The notes beneath the pieces were generated by a model. The model was not told where the DNA came from, did not search any database, and saw nothing but the letters and a program-made list of their open reading frames with translations. From Spirogloea muscicola (taxonomy: Eukaryota), in assembly GCA_009602725.1 (NCBI GenBank), contig WELB01000008.1, forward strand, positions 1,050,720 through 1,114,719: 64,000 bases of DNA, written 5' to 3'. Positions 62,770 through 64,000 of the stretch are shown here, piece by piece. The translations under genes and the position numbers were made by a program. Position 1 is the first letter of the stretch. Every line of letters starts with the position of its first letter.

Positions 62770-64000
62770 ATGGCCCGCCGGTAAGCCTCACTCTCCCTTT
62801 GCTGTGACCCTCTCTGCAGCAGCCGTTGCTGCCTCCACCTCCGTCTGTTGCCCCTCGGCTGGCTGTCATGCCTATACCTCGCAGCGGTGCAGCGGTAGGA
62901 CGACAGATGATCTTTCCGAGTGACCGTCTGACGAGGCAGTCCTGCCTGTGCAATTTAAGACTGCGCATAAGCTGCATAGGTCAGGCAGGCAGTGCGGTGG
63001 TCATATGGCAGTAAGGGTAACGTCACAGGACGGTGCGACAGGCAGTAACGAGGTGCGGCATTGCTCAGCAATGGCGTCTCATGGCTTCCGTGACCGCATC
63101 CGAGCCATGTCCTGGCCCTAGGAGCTGCCTTTGACGAGGCCTTGCGAGTGCTAGTGCTCCAGACAAGTGTGGAGTCAGCATCGGCTGAGAAGTCCGCTCA
63201 CCCTTTGGAGTCGCGCGGCGCTGCAGGTATTCGCGGTCGCCATCGCCGGCACCTCGCTACCGCTCGAGGTCAAGGTCGCCGCCTAGGTGAAGTAGCTGCT
63301 CTCCTTCGCCCTATTTCAGTGTCTCTGCCATCCTCAGCTCCGGCTCTTCCCCAAAAGTCCAGAAGGTACTCTCTGTCCTGTTGGAAGCTTGCACCTACAG
63401 TCGTCCTTCAGCAGATGGTGTTATTTTCCTCATACTCCCTCACTCAAAGCAGAAGGGAGGCGGAAGAGGCTGAGGCAAACCCAGGCAACAACCTCTACAT
63501 AACAGGCCTTTCAACCAGGGTCACTGAGCGCGACCTGGAGGACCACTTTGCCCGAGAAGCGAAGGTTGGTGACAACTTGCACAATACTCTCGCAGCTGAG
63601 CAAGAGTGCGCACAGACAGCAGCAAGTATGGCAGCTCAGTGGTGACCTATCCTGACCCTGACCTGAACAGGTCATAGAAGCTCGACTTGTCGTCGACCCT
63701 CGTACCAAGGAGTCCCGGGGGTTTGGATTTGTGACTGTTTCCACTATTGACGAGGCAGAGAGATGCATGAAGTACCTGAACCGCTCAATCCTTGAGGGCC
63801 GCGTCATCACGGTTGAGAGGGTGAGCAGCCTCCCGCCCTGTACCTTGCTACCAAGGCTTCCGACATGCAGCTGATGTCCAGCAGGGCGATCAGCAACATA
63901 GGGCAGCCGGTACTGCAGGAGCGGCGGAGGTCAACGTAGGCCTTGCAAGCCGAGGCGGCGCATGTCATTGTGGAAGATGGTCTTGCTGCTAACGTGTACT
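62770..64000 (+). CDS. SR45a/TRA2-like RS-RRM splicing factor, runs off the window end
   Basis: MARR|YSRSPSPAPRYRSRSRSP, NPGNNLYITGLSTRVTERDLEDHF, VVDPRTKESRGFGFVT, LEGRVITVE. Confidence 0.9.

Overview
Gene-dense, intron-rich, GC-rich eukaryotic DNA. The plant-type gene set suggests a streptophyte green alga (inference). Recognisable genes in order: alpha/beta hydrolase, GT92/GALS-like glycosyltransferase, S28 serine carboxypeptidase, Cof-type HAD phosphatase, an LRR protein fused to a degenerate uracil-DNA glycosylase domain, SEC13, a PPR-SMR protein, a kinesin-12 stalk/tail lacking a motor domain, a three-copy tandem array of DUF3419/BtaA-like genes (one intact, one frameshifted, one truncated), a fungal-type Spt7 (bromodomain plus histone fold), AP-2 sigma, an MRS2 Mg transporter and an SR45a-like RRM gene. 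Clusters of 5'-truncated CRE-like (RLE-type) non-LTR retrotransposon tails with a shared hairpin 3' UTR occupy about 6-7 kb and much of 32-49 kb. The most unusual item is the LRR-pseudoUNG fusion: the uracil-pocket motifs are kept, the GQDPY, PPS and HPSP catalytic/DNA-engaging motifs are replaced, and one intron holds a perfect 41-bp hairpin. GC-AG introns recur. Four N gaps sit at GC-rich gene 5' ends. All exon models were spliced by eye and no database search was run.
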